Assembly (NCBI GenBank): GCA_009908855.1
Contig: JAAAOM010000012.1
Coordinates: 67,249-131,248 of the forward strand
Reading direction: 5' to 3'
DNA length: 64,000 nt
From: Bacteroidota bacterium
GTDB taxonomy: Bacteria > Bacteroidota > Bacteroidia > Bacteroidales > JAAAOM01
Shown: one piece after another, positions 1 through 10,339 of the stretch
Numbering within the stretch: position 1 is the first letter of the stretch
Layout of the letters: every line of letters begins with the position of its first letter
Notes under the pieces: model-generated
What the model saw: the letters and a program-made list of their open reading frames with translations, nothing else
Databases searched by the model: none
Told to the model about the DNA's origin: nothing
Translations under genes and position numbers: made by a program

Positions 1-3000
1 GATAATATCATCAATCAGGTTGATAAGCATTTTGCCGTTACTGTTAATAATATCGATGTATTTCTTTTTATTGCCGGCGCTTACTTTGTCATCATTAAGC
101 ATTTCGGCAAACCCCAGTATACCATTCATGGGTGTACGAATCTCATGGCTCATATTGGCCAGAAAGGCTGTTTTTAATTTATCACTTTCTTCGGCCTTTT
201 CCTTTGCCTTTATTAATTCATACTCAAGCTGGCTACGATGTAAAACAACACTAATTTGATGTATAAATGTTTCAATAATATGTTTAAACTTAATAATGCT
301 CTTTTTGCGTGTAATGACCGTTACATTTCCAAAAAGTTTGTTGTGTCTTACCAGCGCAATATTGTATACTTTATTTACCTCCAGTTTACCCAATATTTGT
401 TTCAACAAATTATCGTTCAAGGCATCAATATTACTTGTATCAAATTCGTCCTGGATAATGATCTGACTACCACTTTGAATAATTTTCTCAATTTCTTCCT
501 GTAAGGGAAAAGTGATATCGGTAACAGGAATACCCAGTTTTTTTTCTATCCAGGGAATTACATCGTCCAATCCGGCATGATTCTTAATCCTGAAGTAATT
601 ATTAGTTTCGCTGTAGGAGGAAACAACAATACCTGAGTTGGAAAGAAAAGCTTCCAGTTTATGTGCTATGTATTTGAATATCTCGTCCCGGGATGAAAGA
701 CCTAATAGATCAAGTGCCGAATTGCTTAAAAAGATCAGGTTATCGTGATATACTTTTTCTTTTAATTCCGACATTTTTCGTTCGGAAACATCACGGGTAT
801 TTACCACAATACCTTTGATCATGGAATTTTGGAATTGGTTGGTGAAAATACTTTCCACATATATCCAACGTTTGTTCCGATGCAGGCTTCTGTATTCAAT
901 TTTTACTGAAACATTTTCCCGTTGTCTGACCTGTTGAAGTGTATTTTTCACGATGCTTACATCATCAGGGTGTACAATATCAAATATTGATTTACCGGGC
1001 AGTTCATCCAGTTTAAAATCAGATATCTTGCTTTTATAAGAGCTTTCGAATATTATTTTACCCTCACCATCGAGTATATTGATGGCATCAGATGAATTTT
1101 GAAGCAATGATCGCAATTGCTCACCAGAGGTTCGGATGGTTTCCTCCATGTGTTTGCGTTCGGTAATGTCCCGGGATATTCCGGTAATTCCCATCACCTC
1201 ACCATCGGCATTAAAAATGGGTGTTTTAAAAGTTTCTGACCATCTTTTTCCGCCATCTGCAGTAATTTCTTCCTCACTTAACTCTCTTTTTTTATTGTTG
1301 ATAACCGCTAAATCGTTTTGATGGTATTTCGTGGCTACTTTCTTTTCACAAATATCAAAATCCGATTTTCCGGCAATTTCATTTGGACTGGAATTGTAAT
1401 AATTGGCAAAAGGCTCATTTACCATCACGTACTTACCGTCTTTATCTTTAAGCCATGCCAAATACGGAATATTGTCAAGAATGGCCTGCAACTGCGTTTT
1501 GTTTTTTATCAGGGCAAGCTCAAGTTCTTTTTGTTCAGTTATATCACTGAATACCAGAGCATAACGATATGGTTCGCCCAGCTGATTGTAGATTACAAAA
1601 TTCCGTGTCCATATCCATTTCACCGCCCCGGAAGGCAACGAAATTCGATACCTTTTACCTTGATTATCAGACGGGTAATCGAGAAAGTCTTGTTGATTAT
1701 TAAAAAAAAGATGTTTGTCCTCGGGGTGAACTGCATTGTGAATTATTGCGGGATCCCTGATCAATTCTTCCTGATATCTGCCATATATTTTTTCAAATGC
1801 CGGATTCACATAAATTATTTTTTCATGTGATCCTAAAATAAAGGCATCGTTTATATTTTCAGCCAGCTGTCTGAATTTTTCCTCACTTTCGCGCAAGGCT
1901 TCTTCGGCCTTTTTACGTTCGGTTATGTTATAGGCAAATATGGTAACACCGGTAACATTTAACCCACCATCTACAATTGGATTTATAGAAAGTTCAAAAA
2001 AATTAGGAATCCCTTGTATATTAACACTTATTTCCTCATTCCATCTTTCACCTTTTAATGCTTTATCATATTTTGCCTTCCAAATATCCCGTTCATGAGC
2101 GGGTAAATAATCCAGAATACAGTCTCCTTGTTTCAGGTTATGTTTGAATTGATATTCAAATGAATCCCTAAATGATGAATTAATACTTAGAATACAGTAT
2201 TTTCGATCAACCGACCAGATAGAACTATTGGTGCTTTCAATGAGCACGTTTAAATTAATCTCATTGTCGGCAATTCGTTTTTGGGCCATTCGCAAATCGG
2301 TAATATTGCTACTTATACCGACAATGCCTGTTACATGGTTATTTTCATCCTGAATGGGCAAAACCGATGTATAGGAATAAATTTTTTGACCGGTATCCTT
2401 GCTTATTATTTCAAGCTCCTTATTACGAATGGCATTTTTTTCAGAAATTATATTTTTAAGATCATAGGTAAATCCTTTTTCAAAATCAGACTTCAGGTAA
2501 TCTTCAGCGTTTTTGCCAATCAATACCCGGGGATCGCTATAACCCAAAAATTCAGCAAAAGGTTTATTAACAAATACAAACCGGAAATTGGTATCAATAT
2601 AAAAAATGAATTCTGGTACGTTATCTATTAAAAATCGATGCTGGTCTTTTTCATGCCGAAGGGTCTCTTCAGCTATCTTGCGTAAGGTAATATCCTGTAC
2701 CACCCCTTCCAGGCATACCATGTTGTCATGATCATCAGTAACAAGTTTTACATTCAGACTAACTGGTATGAGTTGGCCATCCTTTTTACGGAAATAAGAC
2801 TCCCTGTTCACAGGTTTTTTTGTCTTACTGGCTTGGTTAATAATATCATCGCGCTCATGAGGCTCGATATAAACATCAGATGATACATTTTCAACCATCT
2901 CAATCAATTCACTTGTTGATTGATAGCCTAGCATCGAAGCGAGCGTATGATTCACTTCAATATATTTTCCTTCTGGTGTGGTTCGAAATATTCCTAATGG

Positions 3001-3099
3001 CGAATTGTCAAACAGGGTTTGCAAACGTTCATTCTCTTCCTGCTGAGACTTTACACGGGCTTCGAGCTGTTGTATGTATTCTTCACGATTTTCTGACAC
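1..3099 (-). CDS. multi-PAS sensor histidine kinase; the C-terminal end runs off the window start
   Basis: The minus-strand frame is open from GTG at 3099 to position 1, with an in-frame TAA at 3106-3108 just upstream. My translation starts VSENREEYIQQLEARVKSQQEENERLQTLFDNSPLGIFRTTPEGKYIEVNHTLASMLGY, which is PAS-like. Near 100-170 it reads FLANMSHEIRTPMNGILGFAEML, a HisKA H-box. The plus-strand track ORFs at 20-3179 are antisense shadows of this gene. Confidence 0.8.
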   Translation of the reverse strand, partial: MSENREEYIQQLEARVKSQQEENERLQTLFDNSPLGIFRTTPEGKYIEVNHTLASMLGYQSTSELIEMVENVSSDVYIEPHERDDIINQASKTKKPVNRESYFRKKDGQLIPVSLNVKLVTDDHDNMVCLEGVVQDITLRKIAEETLRHEKDQHRFLIDNVPEFIFYIDTNFRFVFVNKPFAEFLGYSDPRVLIGKNAEDYLKSDFEKGFTYDLKNIISEKNAIRNKELEIISKDTGQKIYSYTSVLPIQDENNHVTGIVGISSNITDLRMAQKRIADNEINLNVLIESTNSSIWSVDRKYCILSINSSFRDSFEYQFKHNLKQGDCILDYLPAHERDIWKAKYDKALKGERWNEEISVNIQGIPNFFELSINPIVDGGLNVTGVTIFAYNITERKKAEEALRESEEKFRQLAENINDAFILGSHEKIIYVNPAFEKIYGRYQEELIRDPAIIHNAVHPEDKHLFFNNQQDFLDYPSDNQGKRYRISLPSGAVKWIWTRNFVIYNQLGEPYRYALVFSDITEQKELELALIKNKTQLQAILDNIPYLAWLKDKDGKYVMVNEPFANYYNSSPNEIAGKSDFDICEKKVATKYHQNDLAVINNKKRELSEEEITADGGKRWSETFKTPIFNADGEVMGITGISRDITERKHMEETIRTSGEQLRSLLQNSSDAINILDGEGKIIFESSYKSKISDFKLDELPGKSIFDIVHPDDVSIVKNTLQQVRQRENVSVKIEYRSLHRNKRWIYVESIFTNQFQNSMIKGIVVNTRDVSERKMSELKEKVYHDNLIFLSNSALDLLGLSSRDEIFKYIAHKLEAFLSNSGIVVSSYSETNNYFRIKNHAGLDDVIPWIEKKLGIPVTDITFPLQEEIEKIIQSGSQIIIQDEFDTSNIDALNDNLLKQILGKLEVNKVYNIALVRHNKLFGNVTVITRKKSIIKFKHIIETFIHQISVVLHRSQLEYELIKAKEKAEESDKLKTAFLANMSHEIRTPMNGILGFAEMLNDDKVSAGNKKKYIDIINSNGKMLINLIDDII

Positions 3100-3348
3100 C
3101 TTATTTTACGCGTTTAGTGAATATTAGGCATTGTTTACAACTAAATAATTTCTGCAATGCCGCCTCCACCGTAAGTTAACATCGAATAAACAAAGATTGC
3201 GGCCGGTGGATAGTTATAACAATTTAAACCACAATGCCTACACAATATCAATGAATTATGCCTGAGTAATAACAAAGGTAATCAAAGTGTTTGAGGTTTG
3301 CATAAAATTAATTATCCAACGTAATCTGCACACTAACAAGGTAGATTT

Positions 3349-3963
3349 CTATTCTTGTTTACGTTTGTTAATTTCCTTTTTAATTTCAGAGGCTTTTTCG
3401 TAATCTTCGGCTTTTACCGATTCTTCCAGCAATAACTCAAGATCTTGCATGGAGTATTTAGCATAAGGCCTTCCGCCGGTGCCGGTAGGTGTATCCTCCA
3501 CATTCACATGCCTGGAAGCTTCTGAGGAGGCCGATTTGGATTCTTTATCGAAGTCAAGTACAATACCTGCTTTATTAATAATATCATCGGTGGTGTAAAT
3601 GGGGCATTTAAACCTCAAAGCCAGGGCAATAGCATCAGAAGTTCTTGCATCGATTTCCACTGTTTGCACCCCATTATCACATTTTAACTGGGAATAAAAC
3701 ACGCCCTCTTCCAGTTTATAAATTGTAACCTCAAGCAAGGTAATATTAAATGTTTGGGAAAAATTTAAAAAAAGATCGTGTGTTAATGGTCTTGGAGGTT
3801 TTAATCCTTCTAACTGAATGGCTATTGATTGAGCTTCAAAACCTCCCACAATAATGGGAATTCGTCGATCGCCTGCTTCTTCGGTTAAAACCAGTGCATA
3901 AGCCCCGGTTTGGGTTTGACTATAGGATATTCCCAATACATTTAGCTTTATCTTTTTACTCAT
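3349..3963 (-). CDS. bifunctional nuclease (BFN/DUF151) family protein with a C-terminal UVR-like motif
   Basis: 204-aa ORF with an ATG start. It contains RRIPIIVGGFEAQSIAIQLEG...RPLTHDL and DARTSDAIALALRF, typical of the bifunctional nuclease family. The C-terminal ELLLEESVKAEDYEKASEIKKEI resembles a UvrB/C motif. Confidence 0.75.
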   Translation of the reverse strand: MSKKIKLNVLGISYSQTQTGAYALVLTEEAGDRRIPIIVGGFEAQSIAIQLEGLKPPRPLTHDLFLNFSQTFNITLLEVTIYKLEEGVFYSQLKCDNGVQTVEIDARTSDAIALALRFKCPIYTTDDIINKAGIVLDFDKESKSASSEASRHVNVEDTPTGTGGRPYAKYSMQDLELLLEESVKAEDYEKASEIKKEINKRKQE

Positions 3964-4261
3964 TATTTGCTAACCGCTTCTCTTATTATTCTTTATTTTT
4001 TTAGTAGACACAAATATAATGAAATAAGTTTAGCATGTTTTCATAATTTCAGGCGGATAATTAATGAATTCCGGAATGAACCATAACCTAAATGCCACCC
4101 AAAAAAATATACAGAACTACTAACATATTTCTGTTCAAATTTTCGACACCACCTCGTACCTACATTCAGCTATTTTAGCAAGAAACAGACGGATGAAAAC
4201 TGCGTTGAGTCCTGAAGTTTATTGGTATCAGGATTTACGGAATATAAAAATATAATTATAC

Positions 4262-4292
4262 TTTGTTATTCACCGAAACTTTTATATTTTTG
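4262..4292 (+). promoter_or_regulatory. candidate Bacteroidota-type housekeeping promoter for rplU-rpmA (-33 TTTG, -7 TAnnTTTG)
   Basis: TTTG lies at 4262-4265 and TATTTTTG at 4285-4292, with a 19-nt spacer, about 40 nt upstream of the rplU ATG at 4331. Confidence 0.4.
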
Positions 4293-4330
4293 CACACTCC
4301 AAAATTAACAACGATTATAACAATATATAA

Positions 4331-5035
4331 ATGTACGCAATAGTCGATATACAGGGACAACAATTTAAAGTTGAAAAAGAGCAGAAAGTATTTGTCCATC
4401 GGTTAGAAGACAAAGAAGGCAGTAAGGTTACTTTCGATCAGGTGTTGTTAGTTGACAACGATGGTAAGATCGACGTGGGCGCACCAGTCGTAAAAGGCGT
4501 CAGTGTAAATGCAACTGTTGTTTCTCATGTTAAGGGCGATAAAGTTAAAGTCTTTAAAAAGAAACGCAGAAAGGGATACCAGAAGCTGAATGGTCATCGT
4601 CAAAGCTTTACTGAATTGATGATTGATGATATTGCCTCTGGTGGCACGGCAAAAAAATCCGAAACCCAAGCATCAGCCACTAAAGCAGCCACAAAATCTG
4701 AAACAGCCCAGGAAACAACAACCGAAAAACCATCCTCCACAGAAAAGGAGACCAAAGCAAAAGCTGCTCCTAAAGCTTCTGCTGGCTCAAAAACCGCTTC
4801 TGCAACGTCAAAGAGTAAATCGACATCAGGAGAAACGAAAGAAACCAAATCAACTGCTGCTGCAAAACAGCAAGAAGAAACTAAAAAACCTGTTTCAAAA
4901 ACCAAATCGACTACAAAATCGCAGTCAACATCAACAACCACTGCCGGCAAAAAAAAGGCAGCGGATGAGACTAAGGATGAAAAGACTACAGAGAAAAAAG
5001 ACGATAACGAATCCACAAAATCTGAAAACGAATAA
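4331..5035 (+). CDS. rplU: 50S ribosomal protein L21 with a long K/T/S/E/A-rich C-terminal extension
   Basis: The N-terminal ~100 aa ([25 protein letters not shown]...[25 protein letters not shown]) is canonical L21. The gene is followed by rpmA in the usual order. Residues ~105-234 are low complexity. Confidence 0.9.
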   Translation: MYAIVDIQGQQFKVEKEQKVFVHRLEDKEGSKVTFDQVLLVDNDGKIDVGAPVVKGVSVNATVVSHVKGDKVKVFKKKRRKGYQKLNGHRQSFTELMIDDIASGGTAKKSETQASATKAATKSETAQETTTEKPSSTEKETKAKAAPKASAGSKTASATSKSKSTSGETKETKSTAAAKQQEETKKPVSKTKSTTKSQSTSTTTAGKKKAADETKDEKTTEKKDDNESTKSENE

Positions 5036-5048
5036 AACACGATAACAA

Positions 5049-5306
5049 ATGGCACATAAAAAAGGAGCCGGTAGTTCAAGAAACGGAAGAGAATCGGAAA
5101 GTAAACGCTTAGGTGTCAAACTTTACGGGGGCCAGATTGTAAAGGCCGGAAATATTCTTGTGCGTCAAAGAGGTACGCAGCACCATCCCGGTAAAAATGT
5201 GGGAATGGGTAAAGATCATACTTTATTTGCGATGACCGACGGGACAGTTGAATTTAAAAAACGGAAAGACAATAAATCATACGTATCCATATTGCCTACG
5301 GTTTAG
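5049..5306 (+). CDS. rpmA: 50S ribosomal protein L27
   Basis: [48 protein letters not shown] is canonical L27. The gene lies immediately downstream of rplU. Confidence 0.95.
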   Translation: MAHKKGAGSSRNGRESESKRLGVKLYGGQIVKAGNILVRQRGTQHHPGKNVGMGKDHTLFAMTDGTVEFKKRKDNKSYVSILPTV

Positions 5307-5343
5307 GTATCGCGCAATTAAAATACATGAATAAATGAACCTG

Positions 5344-5400
5344 GCTTCTGAGTTTTTATGACCTGACCGCATAAAAATTTCAGGAGCTTTTTTATTTTTT
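5344..5400 (+). terminator. intrinsic terminator after rpmA
   Basis: A long imperfect hairpin pairs GCTTCTGAGTTTTTATG (5344-5360) with CATAAAAATTTCAGGAGC (5370-5387). It is followed by TTTTTTATTTTTT. Confidence 0.6.
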
Positions 5401-5404
5401 GCTT

Positions 5405-6679
5405 ATGCTTACGCTCCAGTTTATTCGCGAAAATGCCGAATTTGTAGTTGACCGACTGAAAATTAAAAATTTCGATGCTTCCGGTTTGGTTGAACAAGTG
5501 TTAGCTGCCGATAACGAAAGGAGAACCCTGCAAACCCGGACTGATCAAAAACAAGGTGAAATGAACAACCTGTCCAGACAAATCGGGCAATTGTTTAAAG
5601 AAGGTAAGCAGGATGAAGGCAACCAGGCAAAAGAAAAAACATCCCAATTAAAAGAGGAGATAAAACACCTCTCGCAACAATTTTCCGAATCAGAAAAAAA
5701 ATTAACTACACTGTTGGTACAGTTACCCAATCTGCCCTATAAGGATGTACCCGCCGGAACCTCAGAGAAGGATAATGAAATTGTGCGTGAAGGAGGCAAA
5801 ATGCCTAATTTGATCGATAATGCATTGCCACACTGGGATTTGGCCACCAATTACAATTTGATCGATTTTGAATTGGGAAATAAAATAACCGGTGCCGGTT
5901 TTCCCGTATACAAAGGCAAAGGAGCCAGGTTGCAAAGGGCATTAATAAATTTCTTTCTGGAACAGAATGTAGTTGCCGGATACACAGAGATTCTCCCCCC
6001 ATTTATAGTCAATGAAAGCTCCGGCTTTGGTACTGGCCAGTTACCCGATAAAGAAGGCCAGATGTACCATGTTACGGATGATAATTTGTACCTCATACCT
6101 ACTGCCGAAGTACCGGTTACCAATATCTACCGCGATGTAATATTGTCGGCCAACGACTTGCCGGTTAAAAACACGGCTTATACACCCTGCTTCAGAAGAG
6201 AAGCCGGTTCGTATGGCAAGGATGTCAGAGGACTTAACCGCCTGCACCAGTTCGATAAAGTAGAAATTGTACAAATTCAACATCCCGACAAGTCGTATGA
6301 GAGTCTGAATGAGATGGTTGATCATGTTGAAAGTCTGATTCAAATGCTGGAATTGCCTTATCGCATTGTTAAATTATGCGGCGGTGATATGAGTTTTACT
6401 TCAGCCCTTACGTACGATTTTGAGGTATATGCAGCTGCACAAAAAAAATGGCTTGAAGTAAGCTCAGTATCCAATTTCGAAAGTTACCAGGCCAATCGGC
6501 TAAAATTACGCTTTAAAGAGGATAATCAAAAAAAGAATGTGTTGGCACACACCCTTAATGGCAGTTCATTAGCGCTCCCCAGAATAGTAGCTGCCCTGCT
6601 CGAGAATAACCAAACGGCTGAAGGAATTCGTGTACCCAATGTTCTAAAACCTTTTTTTAACTTTGAGTTTATTGATTAA
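5405..6679 (+). CDS. serS: seryl-tRNA synthetase
   Basis: MLTLQFIRENAEFVVDRLKIKN is followed by a coiled-coil arm and a class II core (FRREAGSYGKDVRGLNRLHQFDKVE, TLNGSSLALPR). I prefer the ATG at 5405 over the TTG at 5399 used by the track. Confidence 0.95.
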   Translation: MLTLQFIRENAEFVVDRLKIKNFDASGLVEQVLAADNERRTLQTRTDQKQGEMNNLSRQIGQLFKEGKQDEGNQAKEKTSQLKEEIKHLSQQFSESEKKLTTLLVQLPNLPYKDVPAGTSEKDNEIVREGGKMPNLIDNALPHWDLATNYNLIDFELGNKITGAGFPVYKGKGARLQRALINFFLEQNVVAGYTEILPPFIVNESSGFGTGQLPDKEGQMYHVTDDNLYLIPTAEVPVTNIYRDVILSANDLPVKNTAYTPCFRREAGSYGKDVRGLNRLHQFDKVEIVQIQHPDKSYESLNEMVDHVESLIQMLELPYRIVKLCGGDMSFTSALTYDFEVYAAAQKKWLEVSSVSNFESYQANRLKLRFKEDNQKKNVLAHTLNGSSLALPRIVAALLENNQTAEGIRVPNVLKPFFNFEFID

Positions 6680-6901
6680 TATTACTTTTTTTCCCTCGGC
6701 AAAAGAAATTCTTCAAAAATACGTTATTTAAACAAAGCATAACGCAACCATTATGCTTTCAAATCAATCTTATATCTGGCAAATAAAGCATTGCGGAAGA
6801 AATTGCATGCAATGTTTTAACAGAAATGAAAATTAAATCACTTTTTTACGGCTAACAGACATATTATATCTCGGAGGATTTTGAAATTAAAGACTGGTAA
6901 A

Positions 6902-8194
6902 ATGAGAAGCTGGGTGTACATTCTATTAATACTAACTGTTGCAGGTTGTGAGGAATCGGATGAAGATCAAAATTCATATTTTGAATCTGACATAGAAATA
7001 GTCAACACAGATATATACCAAACCATGAAAGATATCTATCTATGGTACGAATATCTGCCGAATATTAATCCGAAAACATTCGCATCGCCTTATGAATTAA
7101 TGGATACATTAAAACACGCAAAGGACAGGTACAGCTATGTAGTATCACAAACCGAATTTCTAAGGTATTATGAAGAAGGTAAATCAACCGGACATGGATT
7201 CGGACTGGCATCAGATGCAAACAAACAACTTTATATAGCTTATGTGTACAAAAATACACCCGCCTATTATGCCGGTGTAAAGCGTGGATGGAAGATTGAA
7301 ACGGTCAATGAAACCGATGCATATTCGAATAATTATCAGGTTGTCACAGAATCGGGTGATTCAGCCACCTTTAATACATTTACCTTCAGACTGCCGAATG
7401 ATTCAATGGTAACACGAGTCATAGAGAAAAAGGAAATTGATATAAATCCGGTAATACTGGATACCGTTTACACCTACGGAGATCGAAAAATAGGCTATCT
7501 TGTATTTCAGGAGTTTATTAATGTAGCCAATGATTATCTGAACCAGGCCTTTCAGAAATTTAACCAACAACAAATAAATTATTTAGTGGTTGATTTACGA
7601 TACAACGGGGGCGGATTTGGGCATGTTGTTGAACATCTCGGCAATTTAATTGCCGGTTCAGAACACGCCGGCGATGTATTTTACCAAACCAGCCATAACA
7701 ATAACAACCAAGACAAAAACCAGACAGTAAAATTTGAATCCGTTTCAAATTCGCTATCCGTCCTTCAGGAAATATACTTTATAAGCACTATCAACACCGT
7801 ATCTGCCAGCGAATTATTAATGAACGGTATGTCAACGCATTATCCTACAACCTTTATAGGGACTGTCACCCACGGTAAGCCTGTTGGTATGTATGTGTAT
7901 AATTTTAAATTATACGATTATACTTTTGCTCCGGTTAGTTTTAGGGTTGAAAACAGCGAAGGATTCGCCGACTATTTTGACGGCCTTCCGGCTGATTATG
8001 AAATACCGGATAACCTGAATTATGATTTTGGGGATATAAACGAACCCAATTTAAACAAAGCATTGCAATTAATTGGTGTTGAAGTCAGTTTAACGGATGA
8101 AAACACATTATTAAAATCATCTTTCGGGGAATTTAATTACCTTTCAGGCAAAGATCATTTTCGGAATTTATACTTCAAAAATTTTGTCCAATAA
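6902..8194 (+). CDS. S41-family (C-terminal processing type) peptidase lipoprotein
   Basis: The signal/lipobox is MRSWVYILLILTVAGC. VVDLRYNGGGFGHV and TVSASELLMNG match the S41 core. I prefer the ATG at 6902 over the TTG at 6881 used by the track. Confidence 0.75.
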   Translation: MRSWVYILLILTVAGCEESDEDQNSYFESDIEIVNTDIYQTMKDIYLWYEYLPNINPKTFASPYELMDTLKHAKDRYSYVVSQTEFLRYYEEGKSTGHGFGLASDANKQLYIAYVYKNTPAYYAGVKRGWKIETVNETDAYSNNYQVVTESGDSATFNTFTFRLPNDSMVTRVIEKKEIDINPVILDTVYTYGDRKIGYLVFQEFINVANDYLNQAFQKFNQQQINYLVVDLRYNGGGFGHVVEHLGNLIAGSEHAGDVFYQTSHNNNNQDKNQTVKFESVSNSLSVLQEIYFISTINTVSASELLMNGMSTHYPTTFIGTVTHGKPVGMYVYNFKLYDYTFAPVSFRVENSEGFADYFDGLPADYEIPDNLNYDFGDINEPNLNKALQLIGVEVSLTDENTLLKSSFGEFNYLSGKDHFRNLYFKNFVQ

Positions 8195-8750
8195 ATCTGA
8201 CGTTGAAAATAGAATATTAGGCATTGATCCCGGCACCAGTGTAATGGGTTTCGGAGCCATAGGTTATGAAGGTACAAAGGTACGTATTATTGATCTGGGT
8301 GCCCGGGTTTTAAGCAATAAAGAGGATCATTTTGTACGCATCAGAAATATTTTTGATTATACCCTCCGGTTAATAGACACCTATTTACCTGATGAACTGG
8401 CCATTGAATCCCCCTTTTATGGTAAAAACATCCAATCAATGTTGAAACTGGGCCGTGCACAAGGTGCAGCCATTTCTGCCGCATTACAAAGATCTATCCC
8501 GATATTTGAATATGCACCCCGAAAAATTAAGATGTCCATTACCGGGCACGGGAATGCATCCAAAGAAAAAGTTGCTCAGTTTCTTACAAGCCTTTTGCAT
8601 CTCAAAAAATTGCCTGATGAATTGGATGCTACCGACGGACTGGCAGCGGCTATGTGTCATTTTTATGAAAAACAAAATGCCGTTGGAAGCCATAAAAAAA
8701 ACAGTAACTGGGCTGATTTTATTAAAAACAACCCACACCGCGTTCGTTAG
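8184..8750 (+). CDS. ruvC: crossover junction endodeoxyribonuclease RuvC
   Basis: ILGIDPGTSVMGFG, ELAIESPFYGKNIQSMLKLGRAQG and TDGLAAAMCH are present. The frame starts at TTG 8184 and overlaps the upstream gene by 11 nt, so the exact start is uncertain. Confidence 0.85.
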   Translation: MSNKSDVENRILGIDPGTSVMGFGAIGYEGTKVRIIDLGARVLSNKEDHFVRIRNIFDYTLRLIDTYLPDELAIESPFYGKNIQSMLKLGRAQGAAISAALQRSIPIFEYAPRKIKMSITGHGNASKEKVAQFLTSLLHLKKLPDELDATDGLAAAMCHFYEKQNAVGSHKKNSNWADFIKNNPHRVR

Positions 8751-8837
8751 ATGAATTGTTATCCTTACATCCTGCAGGTAAAACTATAATAATCAGCCGT
8801 TGGTCTACAGGCGTTGTAATTACTAAAAAGATGATAA

Positions 8838-9230
8838 TTACAGATTGCTGCGAATGGCAGCGGCAATTTCCTCAAACTCCTGTTGCGATAATTCAAGTTT
8901 TGGTTTACCAAAGTACATGTCATTGATCCCGTTAATGGGTATTAAATGAATGTGGGCATGGGGTACCTCAAGACCGATAACGGTTATGCCTACGCGTTTG
9001 CATTCGACAGATTTATCAATCGCTTTGGCAACTTTTTTGGCAAATATATTTAATCCGGCCAGTATATTGTCATCCAGGTCAAATATATAATCAATTTCCA
9101 CTTTAGGAATGACCAATGTATGGCCCTTGGCCAACGGATGAATATCCAGAAATGCATAATAATGTTCATCTTCGGCTATTTTATAACCAGGAATTTCACC
9201 GTTTACAATTTTGGTAAATATGCTTGCCAT
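8838..9230 (-). CDS. HIT (histidine triad) family protein
   Basis: MASIFTKIVNGEIPGYKIAEDE...HPLAKGHTLVIPK...VPHAHIHLIP contains the HxHxH histidine triad. Confidence 0.9.
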   Translation of the reverse strand: MASIFTKIVNGEIPGYKIAEDEHYYAFLDIHPLAKGHTLVIPKVEIDYIFDLDDNILAGLNIFAKKVAKAIDKSVECKRVGITVIGLEVPHAHIHLIPINGINDMYFGKPKLELSQQEFEEIAAAIRSNL

Positions 9231-9242
9231 GATGTTACATAC

Positions 9243-9716
9243 TTAAATGGAAATTTCTACAATCTCGAATGGAATAGTACCGGAAGGAACAGTTATGTCA
9301 ACTGATTCACCAACCTTTTTACCAATTAATCCTTTGGCAATAGGTGTGTTAATAGAAATCTTACCTTGTTTCAGATCAGCTTCACTATCAGAAACCAGTG
9401 TATACGTCATTTCAGTATTATTTTTTTTGTTCTTGATCTTAACTTTGCTAAGAAGCTGTACAGAACCATTCTGTAACTTAGATTCATCAATGATTCTGGA
9501 GTTAGCCAAAGTATCTTTTAGCTTGGCAATTTTCATTTCAAGCATACCCTGAGCATCTTTTGCTGCATCATACTCAGCATTCTCAGACAGGTCGCCTTTA
9601 TCGCGGGCTTCAGCAATTTGTTGTGAAATTTTTGGCCTTTCAACGTTTACCAGTTGATCCAGCTCTTCTTTCAATTTGCGCATACCCTCTTCTGTTACGT
9701 ATGATAACTTACTCAT
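9243..9716 (-). CDS. greA: transcription elongation factor GreA
   Basis: 157 aa. YVTEEGMRKLKEELDQL...RPKISQQIAEARDKGDLSENAEYDAAKD is followed by a C-terminal FKBP-like domain. Confidence 0.95.
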   Translation of the reverse strand: MSKLSYVTEEGMRKLKEELDQLVNVERPKISQQIAEARDKGDLSENAEYDAAKDAQGMLEMKIAKLKDTLANSRIIDESKLQNGSVQLLSKVKIKNKKNNTEMTYTLVSDSEADLKQGKISINTPIAKGLIGKKVGESVDITVPSGTIPFEIVEISI

Positions 9717-9823
9717 GACTCTATCCTCCTTAAATTAACTGTGAGAAATAAAAAAAAGAATCCCGGGGATTCAGGACTCTCAATCGTACAAAGATACGAA
9801 AAAAGAAACCGAAAATAAAAAAA

Positions 9824-10336
9824 TCAATAATGTTTCCGATTAATTATCTCGCTCATTATTATGGCCTGACGTGGATCATTGCTAAATCGTTTCAGGATTT
9901 GCTGAATGGATTCCTGTCCATCGGATTGAAATGAGTTCTTCCGATAGGTTTTTTTTTCGTACCCCTGATCGTCTATATTATCCTGGTCTGTTGATTTCTG
10001 CCCCTCTTCAAACACTTCCTGTGTAGCAGGATTAAAATGTCCGTATTCATCCTTTTTCTTAGCTATCTCATCTTTTTCTTCTTCAATATGCTCCTGCTGT
10101 TGTTGATATTGATCCGAACCAGTTTCCTCCTCAGAAAAATTTTGCGCAAAAAAATCATCTATCGATTTAATTCCGCTGTTAAAATAATTATCACTTGTGC
10201 GGTAGGCGGGTTCTTCATCAAATTCGGGATAGGTTTGTTTAACCTTATCCTGTTTATTTTTTTTATGAATTGCACTTGCAATAATACCCACTACAGCAAT
10301 GAGAATGGGTATTAATGTCCCAAAAAATTCTTCCAT
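9824..10336 (-). CDS. hypothetical N-terminally membrane-anchored acidic protein
   Basis: 170-aa ORF with an ATG start. It has one N-terminal TM helix (LIPILIAVVGIIASAI) and then an E/D/Q-rich tail. I recognise no family. Confidence 0.5.
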   Translation of the reverse strand: MEEFFGTLIPILIAVVGIIASAIHKKNKQDKVKQTYPEFDEEPAYRTSDNYFNSGIKSIDDFFAQNFSEEETGSDQYQQQQEHIEEEKDEIAKKKDEYGHFNPATQEVFEEGQKSTDQDNIDDQGYEKKTYRKNSFQSDGQESIQQILKRFSNDPRQAIIMSEIINRKHY

Positions 10337-10339
10337 AAT

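Noticed and set aside
20-3179. Seven plus-strand track ORFs (61-170 aa) at the left end of the window
   Set aside because: They lie antisense to a continuous minus-strand PAS/histidine-kinase frame. Their translations are the mirror of kinase motifs; for example MGVRISWLILARKA is antisense to HEIRTPMNG. I treat them as shadow ORFs.
4448-5119. Long antisense and alternate-frame ORFs (73, 159, 140 and 62 aa) overlapping rplU
   Set aside because: They are produced by the low-complexity K/T/S/E-rich tail of L21, and their products are repetitive nonsense (V/F/S-rich or K/Q/P-rich). They have no independent support.
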